A stretch of DNA of 64,000 nucleotides from Azolla caroliniana. Taxonomy: Eukaryota > Plantae > Polypodiophyta. The stretch spans positions 2,852,001 through 2,916,000 of the forward strand of contig JBHGNT010000016.1 in NCBI GenBank assembly GCA_043228905.1, in the 5' to 3' direction. The translations under genes were made by a program, and so were the position numbers. How positions within the stretch are numbered: position 1 is the first letter of the stretch; every line of letters starts with the position of its first letter. Shown here one piece after another: positions 1-10,083 of this stretch. The notes beneath the pieces are model-generated. The model saw only the letters and a program-made list of their open reading frames with translations, was not told the origin of the DNA and ran no database searches.

Positions 1-121
1 ATACGAACCGATCGACAATGCCGAGATACCCAAGGGGGTAATAGAGTCGGAGTGGAAGCTCCTGAACCGGAAAGCCGTAGCGACGATCCGGCAATATGTC
101 GATGTAAGTGTCCTGCAACAT

Positions 122-1816
122 GTGGCGAACGATACGAACGCCTATGAGATGTGGAAGAAGCTGTCGGGCCTCTATGAGAGGAAGAATGCGTTGAACCGGA
201 CCTCCCTGATGAGGAAGATAGTGAACCTCAAGTACCGGGACGGCGAGAGTATGGTGGAACACGTAAGCACGTTCATGGGATTCGTGAACCAGCTTGCGGC
301 GATCAAGTTCCCGTTGGAGGATGCAATGCAAGCCATCATCCTGATGTGTACATTGCCGGACAGCTGGGAGAACTTGGTGGTGACTCTCAGCACCTCCTGC
401 ACCGAAGATAACTTGTCCCTACAAACGGTAAAGACAAGTATTTTGAACGAAGAAGCGCGTCGGAGAGATAAAGAACCGGTTTCTGATCAGAAGATGCTGC
501 TTACCGAATCGGATCGGGGAAGACAATGGAACCGGAGTCCGCAAAGACGGGAGAAGTCGGGGACCCGGTCGCAGTCAAGAGGAAGGCCAACATGCTTCCA
601 CTGTGGGAAGCCGGGGCACTTCCGGAAGAATTGTCGGCACTACCGAAAGGACAACGGAGCCAACGACACCGATTCGAAGAAGTCACCGGAGAGAAACGGT
701 GCATACCGGGGAGCCACGGACCGGAGAGGTCCGGATCGGCGAGGGCAGGACCGGAAAGGAACGACGGCACTTGCGGCAAGTGAAGAAGAGATAATGCTTA
801 TTACCGAAGAGAAGGAGCTGAACCTTGCCGGTGTAGAGATGACCTGGGTGGTCGATTCCGGAGCGTCGTTCCACCTGACCCCGGAGAAGAAATACTTCTC
901 ATCCTACACAGCCGGTGAGCACGGCTGTGTCCGGATGGGAAATGAAGGCACATGCCGGATTGCCGGCATAGGAGACGTGTGGCTGTTGACATCAACCGGA
1001 TGCAAGATGCTGTTGAAGGATGTGCGACACGTTCCGGAGGTCCGATTGAACCTGATCTCGGCCGGGAGGCTAGATGATGAAGGCTACACGGGTAGCATCC
1101 GGAACGGTGTCATGAAGTTCAGCAAGGGGAGCCTGATAGTGGCTCGGGCCCGGAAGGTCAACACCCTGTACCTGATGAATTCCCGGCTATGTCCGGAGGA
1201 GCTGAACGTGGCAGCCGACACTGCCGGTGAGCTGTGGCACAAGAGACTGTGCCACATGAGTGAGAAGGGGATGAAGAGGCTTGCAGAAGACAACCTCATT
1301 CCAGTGAAGCATGTGCATCTGGAGAAGTGCACCGATTGCCTGGCCGGTAAGCAGAACCGAACCTCCTTCCACTCAAGGCCACCGACGAGACGTAGCGCAC
1401 CATTGGAGTTGGTGCACACTGATGTGTGTCAGGTAGAAACGAAGTCACATGGCGGAGCCCAGTACTTCGTGACTTTCATTGATGATCACAGCCGGAAGCT
1501 GTGGACGGCGCCGTTGAAGACAAAGGACCAAGTGTTGTCCGTCTTCAAAGAACTCCACGCGAGAGTGGAAAGAGAATCCGGCAAGAAGCTGAAAGCGATA
1601 CGAGCGGATAACGGAGGGGAATACCGGGGGCAGTTCCAGGAGTACTGTCGCTCGAAGGGAATCCGGCTCGAGTTTACTGTGCCGAAGACGCCGGAACTAA
1701 ACGGGCTGGCCGAGAGGATGAACCGGACCATAATGGACAGGGTCGGAGTATGCTGGCACATGCGAAATTACCCAAGGGGTTTTGGGCTGAGGCAATGTCG
1801 ACGGCGACATACGTGA
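122..1816 (+). CDS. Copia-1 polyprotein, 5' part (Gag, zinc knuckle, protease, integrase N-terminus/core); the frame is open upstream of 122 and is broken at ~1744
   Basis: Motifs CFHCGKPGHFRKNC, WVVDSGASFH, LWHKRLCHMS, LELVHTDVC, IRADNGGEY, TPELNGLAERMNRT. Confidence 0.9.
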   Translation: MANDTNAYEMWKKLSGLYERKNALNRTSLMRKIVNLKYRDGESMVEHVSTFMGFVNQLAAIKFPLEDAMQAIILMCTLPDSWENLVVTLSTSCTEDNLSLQTVKTSILNEEARRRDKEPVSDQKMLLTESDRGRQWNRSPQRREKSGTRSQSRGRPTCFHCGKPGHFRKNCRHYRKDNGANDTDSKKSPERNGAYRGATDRRGPDRRGQDRKGTTALAASEEEIMLITEEKELNLAGVEMTWVVDSGASFHLTPEKKYFSSYTAGEHGCVRMGNEGTCRIAGIGDVWLLTSTGCKMLLKDVRHVPEVRLNLISAGRLDDEGYTGSIRNGVMKFSKGSLIVARARKVNTLYLMNSRLCPEELNVAADTAGELWHKRLCHMSEKGMKRLAEDNLIPVKHVHLEKCTDCLAGKQNRTSFHSRPPTRRSAPLELVHTDVCQVETKSHGGAQYFVTFIDDHSRKLWTAPLKTKDQVLSVFKELHARVERESGKKLKAIRADNGGEYRGQFQEYCRSKGIRLEFTVPKTPELNGLAERMNRTIMDRVGVCWHMRNYPRGFGLRQCRRRHT

Positions 1817-3969
1817 TAAACAGATCACCCTCAGTACCTTTGGATGGAGACACGCCGCAGAAAGTGTGGACCGGTAAGGAAGTGTCCTACCGGCATCTGA
1901 AGGTGTTCGGGTGTCTCGCATACGTGCATGTGGCAAAGGACCGGAGAGGAAAGCTAGATCCAAAGACCCGGCCATGCATATTCCTCGGTTACGGCGACGA
2001 CGAGTTCGGCTACCGAGTATGGGACCCGGTCGACAAGAAGATATTCAGGAGTCGAGACATCATCTTCATGGAGGACAAGACACTCGCCGACTGGGAGTCG
2101 GAGAAGAAGATGAAGAGCTCCAAGTCGATCGGTGAGGATCAACTCTACGAGGAGCAGTCCCGACCGGCAAGGGACCGGTTAACACTCGAGGATCCGGCCG
2201 AAGACTATGAAGAAACAGAACCGGCCGAAGAAGATGAAAATGATACCGGAACCGGCCCCGATCCCGAAATGGATTCGGATGAAGAAGAATCGGAAGAACC
2301 GGTTACCGAAGCTCCGGAACGGAGATATCCTCTAAGAGAGAGAAGGGCCCCCCGGAGATTTCCGGAACCAGAGCACGTGCTGCTAACCGACGAAGGGGAG
2401 CCGGAGAGCTTTGAAGAAGCAAAGCATGACACCCAGAGCTGCAGGTGGTTGAGTGCCATGCAGGACGAGATGGATTCCCTGCATGAGAACCACACATATG
2501 AACTTGTGGAGTTGCCGAAAGGAAAGCGGGCACTTCGAAACAAGTGGGTGTTCAAGCTGAAACCGGGAGATGCCGGAAACCCCCCGAGATACAAAGCCAG
2601 GATCGTGGTGAAGGGGTTTCAGCAGAAGAAGGGCGTCGACTTCGACGAGATATTCGCCCCGGTAGTGAAGATGACCTCCATCCGGATGGTGCTGAGCATA
2701 GCGGCAAGCATGGACCTCGAGGTAGAACAGATGGACGTGAAGACGGCATTCCTTCACGGTGACCTCGAAGAAGAGATCTACATGCAGCAACCGGAAGGAT
2801 TCGAGAAGAAAGGGAAGGAGCACCTGGTATGCCGATTGAAGAAAAGCCTGTACGGATTGAAGCAGGCTCCCCGGCAATGGTACCGGAAGTTCGACTCCTT
2901 CATGACCGACGAAGGGTACCACAAAACGCAGTCCGATCACTGCGTGTTTGTGAAGAAGTTCGAAGGAGGAGACTCTCTAATACTCCTCCTATACGTGGAC
3001 GACATGTTGATCGTCGGACGGGACCAGGTCAAGATACGGACGCTGAAGAAAGCGCTTCACCGAACCTTCTCAATGAAGGACCTGGGTCCGGCGAGGCAAA
3101 TATTAGGGATGCACATCATCCGGGACCGGAAGAAGAAGCAGTTGTGGCTGTCACAGGAGAAGTACGTGACAAAGGTGCTTCACCGGTTCAACATGTCGGA
3201 AGCAAGACCGGTCGGGTCAACCCTCCCGGGAAACTGCAAGTTGTCCAGCAAGCAAAGCCCCAAGACAAAGGCTGAGAAGGAGGACATGATGAAAGTACCA
3301 TATGCCTCTGCCGTCGGAAGCTTAATGTACGCAATGGTGTGTACAAGACCGGACATAGCATATGCAGTTGGAGTGGTGAGCCGGTACATGAGCAATCCCG
3401 GCAAAGAGCACTGGAACGCGGTCAAGTGGATACTCCGATACCTGAAGGGCACGGCAAACGTTTGCCTCCGATTCGGCTCCGGTAAGCCCGAACTCGAAGG
3501 CTTTACTGATTCTGATATGTCGGCTGATGCAGATACCAGCCGGTCCACATCAGGGTATGTGATGACGTATGCAGGGGGAGCTGTTTCGTGGCAGTCGAGG
3601 CTGCAGAAGACGGTTGCGTTGTCAACCACGGAGGCGGAGTACATGGCGGCTGTTGAAGCCGGCAAAGAAATAATATGGATGAAGGACTTCATTAGAGAGC
3701 TCGGTATCCAGCAGGAGGAGTACCGACTCTACTGCGACAGTCAGAGTGCCATCCACCTTGCGAAGAACGCGGCCTATCACTCCCGGACGAAGCACATCCA
3801 GCGAAGATATCACTGGATCCGGGAAAGGATAGAAGACAAGGAGTTCGTGCTGACGAAGGTCCACACGGACGAGAACGGGTCGGATATGCTGACCAAAGTG
3901 CTCACACCCGACAAGCTGGGAGCGTGCCGGAAGAGAGTCGGATTGGAGAGACATCCCATGCCGAAGTGA
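1750..3969 (+). CDS. pol: Copia-1 polyprotein, 3' part (integrase C-terminus, RT, RNase H)
   Basis: Motifs CIFLGY, KARIVVKGF, QMDVKTAFLHG, SLYGLKQAPRQW, LLYVDDM, TRPDIAYAVG, TEAEYMA, HSRTKHI, SDMLTK. Confidence 0.93.
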   Translation: MLAHAKLPKGFWAEAMSTATYVINRSPSVPLDGDTPQKVWTGKEVSYRHLKVFGCLAYVHVAKDRRGKLDPKTRPCIFLGYGDDEFGYRVWDPVDKKIFRSRDIIFMEDKTLADWESEKKMKSSKSIGEDQLYEEQSRPARDRLTLEDPAEDYEETEPAEEDENDTGTGPDPEMDSDEEESEEPVTEAPERRYPLRERRAPRRFPEPEHVLLTDEGEPESFEEAKHDTQSCRWLSAMQDEMDSLHENHTYELVELPKGKRALRNKWVFKLKPGDAGNPPRYKARIVVKGFQQKKGVDFDEIFAPVVKMTSIRMVLSIAASMDLEVEQMDVKTAFLHGDLEEEIYMQQPEGFEKKGKEHLVCRLKKSLYGLKQAPRQWYRKFDSFMTDEGYHKTQSDHCVFVKKFEGGDSLILLLYVDDMLIVGRDQVKIRTLKKALHRTFSMKDLGPARQILGMHIIRDRKKKQLWLSQEKYVTKVLHRFNMSEARPVGSTLPGNCKLSSKQSPKTKAEKEDMMKVPYASAVGSLMYAMVCTRPDIAYAVGVVSRYMSNPGKEHWNAVKWILRYLKGTANVCLRFGSGKPELEGFTDSDMSADADTSRSTSGYVMTYAGGAVSWQSRLQKTVALSTTEAEYMAAVEAGKEIIWMKDFIRELGIQQEEYRLYCDSQSAIHLAKNAAYHSRTKHIQRRYHWIRERIEDKEFVLTKVHTDENGSDMLTKVLTPDKLGACRKRVGLERHPMPK

Positions 3970-3979
3970 AGGGGGAGTT

Positions 3980-4753
3980 TGTTGGGATTTCGGTCCCTCC
4001 GGATGGGATGTCCGGAGATGAATGACGGCAAGCCCGGTTGCGGTTACGGAACCGGATGATGAAGAGTACCCGGCATGAAGCCGGATAAAGAGTACCCGGA
4101 TACGGAGCCGGATGATGAAGACCCCGGTTACGGAGCCGGATGATGAAGACCCCGGTTACGGAGCCGGATGCTGAAGACCCCGGTTACGGAGCCGGATGAC
4201 GAATGTACCCGGATACGGAGCCGGATGATGAAGACCCCGGTTACGGAGCCGGATGATGAAGACCCCGGTTACGGAGCCGGATGACGAATGTACCCGGAGA
4301 GAGATCCGGATGCGGGGACATATTTGTGAATATGTTTGCCAAGAGCCCTTGAGGCTATATTTGTAAATAGCCCAAAAGTCATATGTGTATAAATATGACT
4401 TAGGGCAAACAGTTTTATGTTGTTGTTGCTCATTTTCTGTTTTCCACGAAGAGGGAGCGAAGTGAGAGCAGCCGAGAGAGTGTGAGAGACGAAGAGGTCG
4501 TTGCCTCAGTGTATTACCGCCGCCTGTGGCGAAGACTGTGAGCTCAAGGTTGTTGCCTTGTAGCTTCATCATTGTACATCTCTGCATATAGTGATAGTTG
4601 GAGTTTGAGGACTCCCGTGGTTTTTCCCACTTAGGGTTTTCCACGTAAAATATCCTGTGTACTCTTCTCCCCATTATCTTCGTGTATTTTGTAATTCCTG
4701 TTTTCTGAAAGTTAATCCTATTTCTCGGTTGTGGCCGAGCACTGCGTGTAACA
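3980..4753 (+). repeat. Copia-1 3' LTR
   Basis: Starts TGTTGGG directly after the PPT and ends GTAACA; TATAAA at ~4388. Confidence 0.85.
4033..4298. repeat. Tandem array of a ~28-bp unit (CCGGTTACGGAGCCGGATGATGAAGACC and variants) in U3 of the Copia-1 LTR
   Basis: About 8-9 head-to-tail copies are readable directly. Confidence 0.9.
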
Positions 4754-5165
4754 CGCGTTTCTCCCCTTTTCAGGGGTCTCTACCCATTCCATGAAGTCCC
4801 GTTTCGATAGCCGAAGCGCGTCATCAAGCCCGTATTTTTCAAGGAACCAACCTTCAAACTCTTCCTAGGTCCGATTCTCAGCCCGTACCTCGAGCACCTC
4901 CGCGTGGATGCCCGGCATCGCCACCCGAGGGAATCCGGCTAGTCGCCTGTCCTCTGGGATGTCCCTCATCACCATTTTGGCTCGGTAAGCCTCCAGGTAG
5001 CTCGTGGCGTCCTTCCCACCGAACCGGCCTATCGTGCCGACGACTGCTTCAATAGCCCTATCAAGGGCGCCTGTACCTTCGCGCGCACTCACTATCCCAT
5101 CCATAGTCGAAGATATGGCTTCTGCAAGATCCGACCCTCTCATCTTTCTATTGCTCTGCCGCTTG

Positions 5166-5183
5166 TTCATGTCGGGTTCACCA
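5166..5183 (-). promoter_or_regulatory. Primer-binding site (tRNA-Trp) of W-A0
   Basis: TGGTGAACCCGACATGAA, 4 nt after the LTR end. Confidence 0.8.
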
Positions 5184-5796
5184 AATATGTCACGTTGTTA
5201 CGCGCGTGCGTGGAGAACGAGGCGGGACCACGGGGGCCTTGGACCGAGAAATAACTGAATGAGAAGAGGGGAAGGAAACTACTGATATACTTCGCACGCG
5301 CACAGAGACACAAATTCACAAGAGTTGCAACTAACTCTGAACAATGGAGACAAAACGAATGTATATGTATATTCAAATCAAGGAGTTACAACCGGCAAGC
5401 CGGCGAGTGATAGGTTTTGACGCCTGCACACACGCGCACACACACACACACACATCGCGAGATGGAGACTCTACCGGAAGCACTCGAGTGTTCCACGGAG
5501 CAGAGTCAGCCTCCTGAAAACCTGCATAGAACGACTATGGAGAAGACAGAGGAGAAGAGCTCGGTTCTAGTCCAACAGCACTTCGTCCTCCACAAAACGC
5601 AACCCCTTTACAATACCTCTCCCTCTCTTTTATAGCCCAAGGAGGGAGGCCGTTACCACCCGTTACGTCATGTTACGCCTCGATTTTCTCCCCAATGAAT
5701 GCGTGCTACCTAGGATTTCACCTCAACCGACTTGTACCTATCTACGTACTATACAACAAAACTTGTGCCCACGTGTAAGGGCCGGGTTAGGCACGT

Positions 5797-6513
5797 TGTC
5801 GGGGTTACTACGCCCTTGCGTGTAGAAAGGAGGAGGGACCACGGGGGTCTCGAACCGAAGAGCAAGAGAGAGAGGAGTAAGAGAGAGAGACCCGATTACA
5901 CAGAACCGAAGATCCGATTGCGCCGAACCGACGATTGCACAGGGACACGGCCCAACAAACAGAGATCACAAATAAACGCCGACGCAGATGGACGCAACAA
6001 CGAGAGATATGTACTTATGAATGCAAGAAAATAACAGACTAAAGTATTACAACCCACGGTGGGGCACAAAATAGATACTAACGAAAACGAACAGGGCGGC
6101 GAACAGCTGCCGACCCCTGTATGTCGCGACACACAGAAAGGGAAAACAGGTCGGAGGTGCTGCAGGACGCACTCGGGGCGTTCCACGGAACAGCGCAAGC
6201 CTCCTCGAAACCTGCACAGGTACGCGATGGAGCAGAAGACAGAGAGAGCAGGAGTGAGAGAGAAGCTCCGAAATCGGTTCGGCAGCACTTCGTCCTCTCC
6301 GCGGGAGATACCCCACTTCTAGTCTTCCTCTTCCTTTTATAGCCCGTCAAGAGGCCGTTTGGCATTAACTGCACACCAACCGAATCTACCCACCTCGGAT
6401 CCCCGTATGTACCTACTTCGTCCTTAGGTACTTCTTGGCGCGCGTGTGTGTGTAGAGCCGTTTCCCACGCCTTGTTCCTCCGATTCCTCTTGCGGGCAGT
6501 TTTCTTCACGACA
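5797..6513 (-). repeat. W-B 3' LTR
   Basis: Direct repeat of 12244-12960; adjacent G-rich PPT GGTGGGGGCGGA on the minus strand. Confidence 0.95.
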
Positions 6514-6585
6514 TCCGCCCCCACCTAACCGCGCATCCACCGGCATGCGCCAAATTAAGTTGGCACGGAGAAAACCGGCCCGCCT

Positions 6586-9500
6586 TTACTCTTCGCCTGC
6601 CGGCCCTTCCTCGGCCTCGGATCGGTCGTCGCTGCTGTCTAGGAGAATCGGGTCGGGTTCGTCATCGTGCCGCTTCTTGAAAGCTTTGATCCTCTTCCCG
6701 GCCACGGGTATCGCTATTCTCGTACCGTCGAGCTCCGCCAGATGATACGTCCCGTTGTCGTTGGCGCTCTGTACCGTGTACGGCCCGAACCATCTCCGTG
6801 CGAACTTCCGCGTTGCTCGGTGCTGGTTGTCGAGGCTGCTGTCGTAGACGAGCACCCAGTCACCTTCGTCGATTTTCTTCGGTCGTAGCCGGTGCGTTCG
6901 GTCGAACCGGGCTTTGTTCTTTGTCCTCGCCACCCGGAGCTTCTCCGTAGCCAGTGCCACGTCCTCCGGTCTCCGCTCGAGCTGTCGTATACGTGCGGCC
7001 AACAACTCCTCCCGGCTCATCTCGTCCCGCCAGTCGACCGTTGCCCACGAGGAGATCGTCCGTTCAATCGGCATGATCGGCTTCTGGCCGAACATGAGCT
7101 CCGTCGGCATGTACCCGGTTACCGAACTGTGCGTGGTCCGGTCTGCCCACAAAGCATAAGGTAGAAGTTGCGGCCAGTTACCGACTTGGCCTCCGCATGC
7201 CCGAACCAGCGCCTTAACGATCGGCCCGTGTCCGCGCTCCACCTTTCCATTCGCCTCCGGGTTGTACGCAGTGGTGAGCGAGAGTTTGACTCCCAGCCGA
7301 TCGAGCAGCTCCGCGGCTTCCTCGGCGTCCAACTCCCCTCGGTCAGCCACGATCTTCCCGACGCACCCGTACCGGCATATCACGTCCTCGATCAGGAACC
7401 GACACACGGCCGCGGTCGTCTTGTTCTGAAGGGCTCGACCTTCCACCTGGTTCGTCAGGTCTTCCCGCGCTAGGACCAGATACCGCATCTGTCCTACCCC
7501 CATCGGCATCGTCACCAGATCTACCATCCATTTGAAGTGGATAGTCGGAGGGTACGTAGGGTGAAGCCCGTCCCGGTGTCGGACTATCGAGTGCATCTGA
7601 CAACTTTCGCAAGTTGACACGAACCGATGCACGTCCCGGTACAATCCCGGCCACCAGTACCTCCCCTTCAGCTTCTCAAACGTCGCCCACGTTCCACGGT
7701 GTCCAGCCCAAGGGCTGTCGTGGTAGGCCGCCAGTAGCTCCTCCTGTTCTTCCTTCATCGCCACCACCCGGAGCGGGACGCCGTTCCTCTTCTTCGGGTG
7801 CTTCCACAAATGCCCATCTCGGAGAAGGAATCGATATGCTTTCTTCCGGATCCGGTTGGCCTCGTCCTTCGTCCATGACGCATCGGGCGTCATTGTCTTC
7901 AAAAACCCGCCGATCTGCAGCCACTCCCCGTTGTACTTGCTCGCGTCGAACTCGTTAAGCGCCGGAGTGCTCATCCCGTCGGTCGTTATGTATGCCGCCT
8001 CGAAGAAATCCACGCCGACTTCTTCGTCTTCCGAAACCATGCCGCCCTCGTCGTCGAACCTCGCCCTCGAAAGCATGTCGGCCATGGCGTTGTCTTTCCC
8101 GGAAATGTGTCGTATTTCCGGGTCCAGGGACTTGATGTACGCTATCCACCTGAGCATCGCCAGGTCCGGAGTCGCGCATCCGGAAACCATACCGAGAATC
8201 GGCAGGCAATCCGTCTCGATGATCACTTCTGTCCCTATCAGGTAGTCTTTGTCGGCCTTAACCGCCGAAACAATACCCCAGAGTTCGCGTTTAACCTGGG
8301 CGTATCCTCGCTGCCGTTCACTGAGGACTTTCGCGCCGAATCGGATCGGAAACCGATTGCCGTCCTCGTCTTCCTGGTTCACGACCCATCCGATCCCGGT
8401 CGGACTGGTATCCACCGTTATGAATACCGGGGTACCCTTCCCGTATACCGCCTTCCGGAGTGCCGGTGCCTCTGCAAGGGCCTCTTTCAGCTTCCGGACC
8501 GATTCCGCGTGCTCGTCTAGCCATTCGAACCTTCGCCCCTTTTTCAGCAACCCGTACAGTGGCTCCGCGACGTGTGCGTAATGCGGGATCCATATATGGT
8601 AGAACGCGCATGCCCCCAGGAATCTCCGTACTTCCGTGACCGAGCTGCAGTCGGGCTTCATCGCGGAGATGGCTTCTACCTTTGCCGGAGACGGTTTCCG
8701 GCCATATGGTCCGCACAGGTGTCCGACCACCATGATTTCCGACTGCCCGAAGGCCGACTTCTCCCCGGAGAAGGTGAGTCTCGCATCCTCTAGCCTTTGC
8801 AGCACCTTCTCGCAGTCGTCGATGTGCGTCGCCACGAATCGCCGGCATCCGTCCGGTCCGATCGTCTCGTCCTTTTCTTCCACCGGGCATCCCTTGATCG
8901 GGATGTCGTCCAGAAACGGCATGGTGATGTCCGGGATACAGTCCCTCAGAACCTTGTTCATCGCATTCACCATGTGGGCCACCGAGTTGGTCCCTCCTTG
9001 CGGCAGTGTACACATCCGAACTAGGCCGAGGGGAGTTCGCATCGTCGTAATGTCTCTGCTCTCCACGGCTAGCTGGAACTGGTCGTACCCTGAGTATAGA
9101 TCCCCGACCGAGTAAATTGACCTTCCGGCGAAGGCCTCCGCGAACTCGTCTATGGTCGGTCCGATCCCTGCGTTCCGAATGGTCACTCGATTGACCGGCT
9201 GCAGGTCCTGGATGAAGCGCAACGAACCGTTTTTCTTCGGTACGGTAAACCATCGATTCGAATATGGGGCGCTCGACGGCTCGAGAATTCCCATATCAAC
9301 TTTCTGCCTCAGCAGCTCCATCAACTTCGGGATGTGAGCTCTCGGAACCGGGATTGGCTTGAGATTCCATGGTACATGCGGTACCGTGAATATCACCATC
9401 GGCTCCACGATCGTCGGGTCAACGCACCCGATTTCCTCCGGCGAGAATGCGAAGGCTTTCCCGTGCCTTCCGAGCATTCTCCGAAACCGGTCTTCCTCCG

Positions 9501-10083
9501 CCGGCAGTAGGAACCCGCCCCCACCTATTTTGAGCTCTCGGAGCGTCTCGTCGGTGAAGGCGTGCCCTATGCAGGCCGGATCTCGTAGACTAGGGTCCGA
9601 TGCAACCCCTTTGATTCTCGACGCGCTGTCCTCCGGTAAGGGTGCCGCGACTGGCCTTACCTTCCGGTCCACAGTCTTGTACTTGGTGCTTACGTGGGCC
9701 GTCCGAACTGACTCGAGCCCTCGACCGAAGTCCGCGATGACTTCGTACATCTCCTCGGAACACACCGGTATCGTCCGGTCTTCGTTAAGGCCTTCTTCGA
9801 CTACCTTTCCCAGCATTCCCAAGGTGTCGTCGAATGAGACCGCCTCCACGGCTCCGTTGATTTCCTCGTCCGGGCCGAGAACTCCGCACGCTCGAAGTCT
9901 CCCCTCCGCCTTTGTCTTCTCTCGGCCTCCGATGCCGACGATCGTACACGCCCCGCTGTCGGAGAACAAAAATTCCCTACCTATGGTACAAGGTTTCTTC
10001 GGTTTTATCGTACAGGTGTGGGGTTTTCCCGGGGTGTCCGGACTGTCGCGGCCCCACGCCTTGGCAGCCCTCTCTAAAAATCC
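6586..10083 (-). CDS. pol: W-B Pol (RT, RNase H, integrase), entered by a -1 frameshift; annotated ORF 6586-9969
   Basis: Motifs LRFIQDLQPVN, DLYSGYDQF, LPQG, FLDD, VDTS, IIETDC, HHCC, VADRG, NGKVER, FGPY. The frame is stop-free back to the slippery site. Confidence 0.93.
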   Translation of the reverse strand, partial: GFLERAAKAWGRDSPDTPGKPHTCTIKPKKPCTIGREFLFSDSGACTIVGIGGREKTKAEGRLRACGVLGPDEEINGAVEAVSFDDTLGMLGKVVEEGLNEDRTIPVCSEEMYEVIADFGRGLESVRTAHVSTKYKTVDRKVRPVAAPLPEDSASRIKGVASDPSLRDPACIGHAFTDETLRELKIGGGGFLLPAEEDRFRRMLGRHGKAFAFSPEEIGCVDPTIVEPMVIFTVPHVPWNLKPIPVPRAHIPKLMELLRQKVDMGILEPSSAPYSNRWFTVPKKNGSLRFIQDLQPVNRVTIRNAGIGPTIDEFAEAFAGRSIYSVGDLYSGYDQFQLAVESRDITTMRTPLGLVRMCTLPQGGTNSVAHMVNAMNKVLRDCIPDITMPFLDDIPIKGCPVEEKDETIGPDGCRRFVATHIDDCEKVLQRLEDARLTFSGEKSAFGQSEIMVVGHLCGPYGRKPSPAKVEAISAMKPDCSSVTEVRRFLGACAFYHIWIPHYAHVAEPLYGLLKKGRRFEWLDEHAESVRKLKEALAEAPALRKAVYGKGTPVFITVDTSPTGIGWVVNQEDEDGNRFPIRFGAKVLSERQRGYAQVKRELWGIVSAVKADKDYLIGTEVIIETDCLPILGMVSGCATPDLAMLRWIAYIKSLDPEIRHISGKDNAMADMLSRARFDDEGGMVSEDEEVGVDFFEAAYITTDGMSTPALNEFDASKYNGEWLQIGGFLKTMTPDASWTKDEANRIRKKAYRFLLRDGHLWKHPKKRNGVPLRVVAMKEEQEELLAAYHDSPWAGHRGTWATFEKLKGRYWWPGLYRDVHRFVSTCESCQMHSIVRHRDGLHPTYPPTIHFKWMVDLVTMPMGVGQMRYLVLAREDLTNQVEGRALQNKTTAAVCRFLIEDVICRYGCVGKIVADRGELDAEEAAELLDRLGVKLSLTTAYNPEANGKVERGHGPIVKALVRACGGQVGNWPQLLPYALWADRTTHSSVTGYMPTELMFGQKPIMPIERTISSWATVDWRDEMSREELLAARIRQLERRPEDVALATEKLRVARTKNKARFDRTHRLRPKKIDEGDWVLVYDSSLDNQHRATRKFARRWFGPYTVQSANDNGTYHLAELDGTRIAIPVAGKRIKAFKKRHDDEPDPILLDSSDDRSEAEEGPAGEE
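10018..10083 (-). promoter_or_regulatory. Putative -1 programmed frameshift signal (G_GAU_UUU plus downstream structure)
   Basis: The heptamer lies immediately before the gag UAG, pol is in the -1 frame, and the site is conserved in four W copies. Confidence 0.75.

Larger units (their letters stand above)
1..4753 (+). mobile_element. Ty1/copia LTR retrotransposon 'Copia-1' (Tnt1/Tork-like), 5' end outside the window; inserted into the gag of gypsy W-A0
   Basis: Domain order Gag(CCHC)-PR(DSG)-IN-RT(YVDD)-RNaseH. PPT GAAGGGGGAG at 3968-3977, 3' LTR TG..CA 3980-4753; gypsy gag sequence resumes at 4754. Confidence 0.95.

Noticed and set aside
1738-1816. Programmed frameshift in Copia-1
   Set aside because: It falls inside the integrase core with no slippery or Ty1-type +1 motif; a 1-bp deletion is simpler.
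4033-4298. 28-bp repeats as a CRISPR array
   Set aside because: Head-to-tail units with no unique spacers, inside a eukaryotic LTR, and no cas genes.
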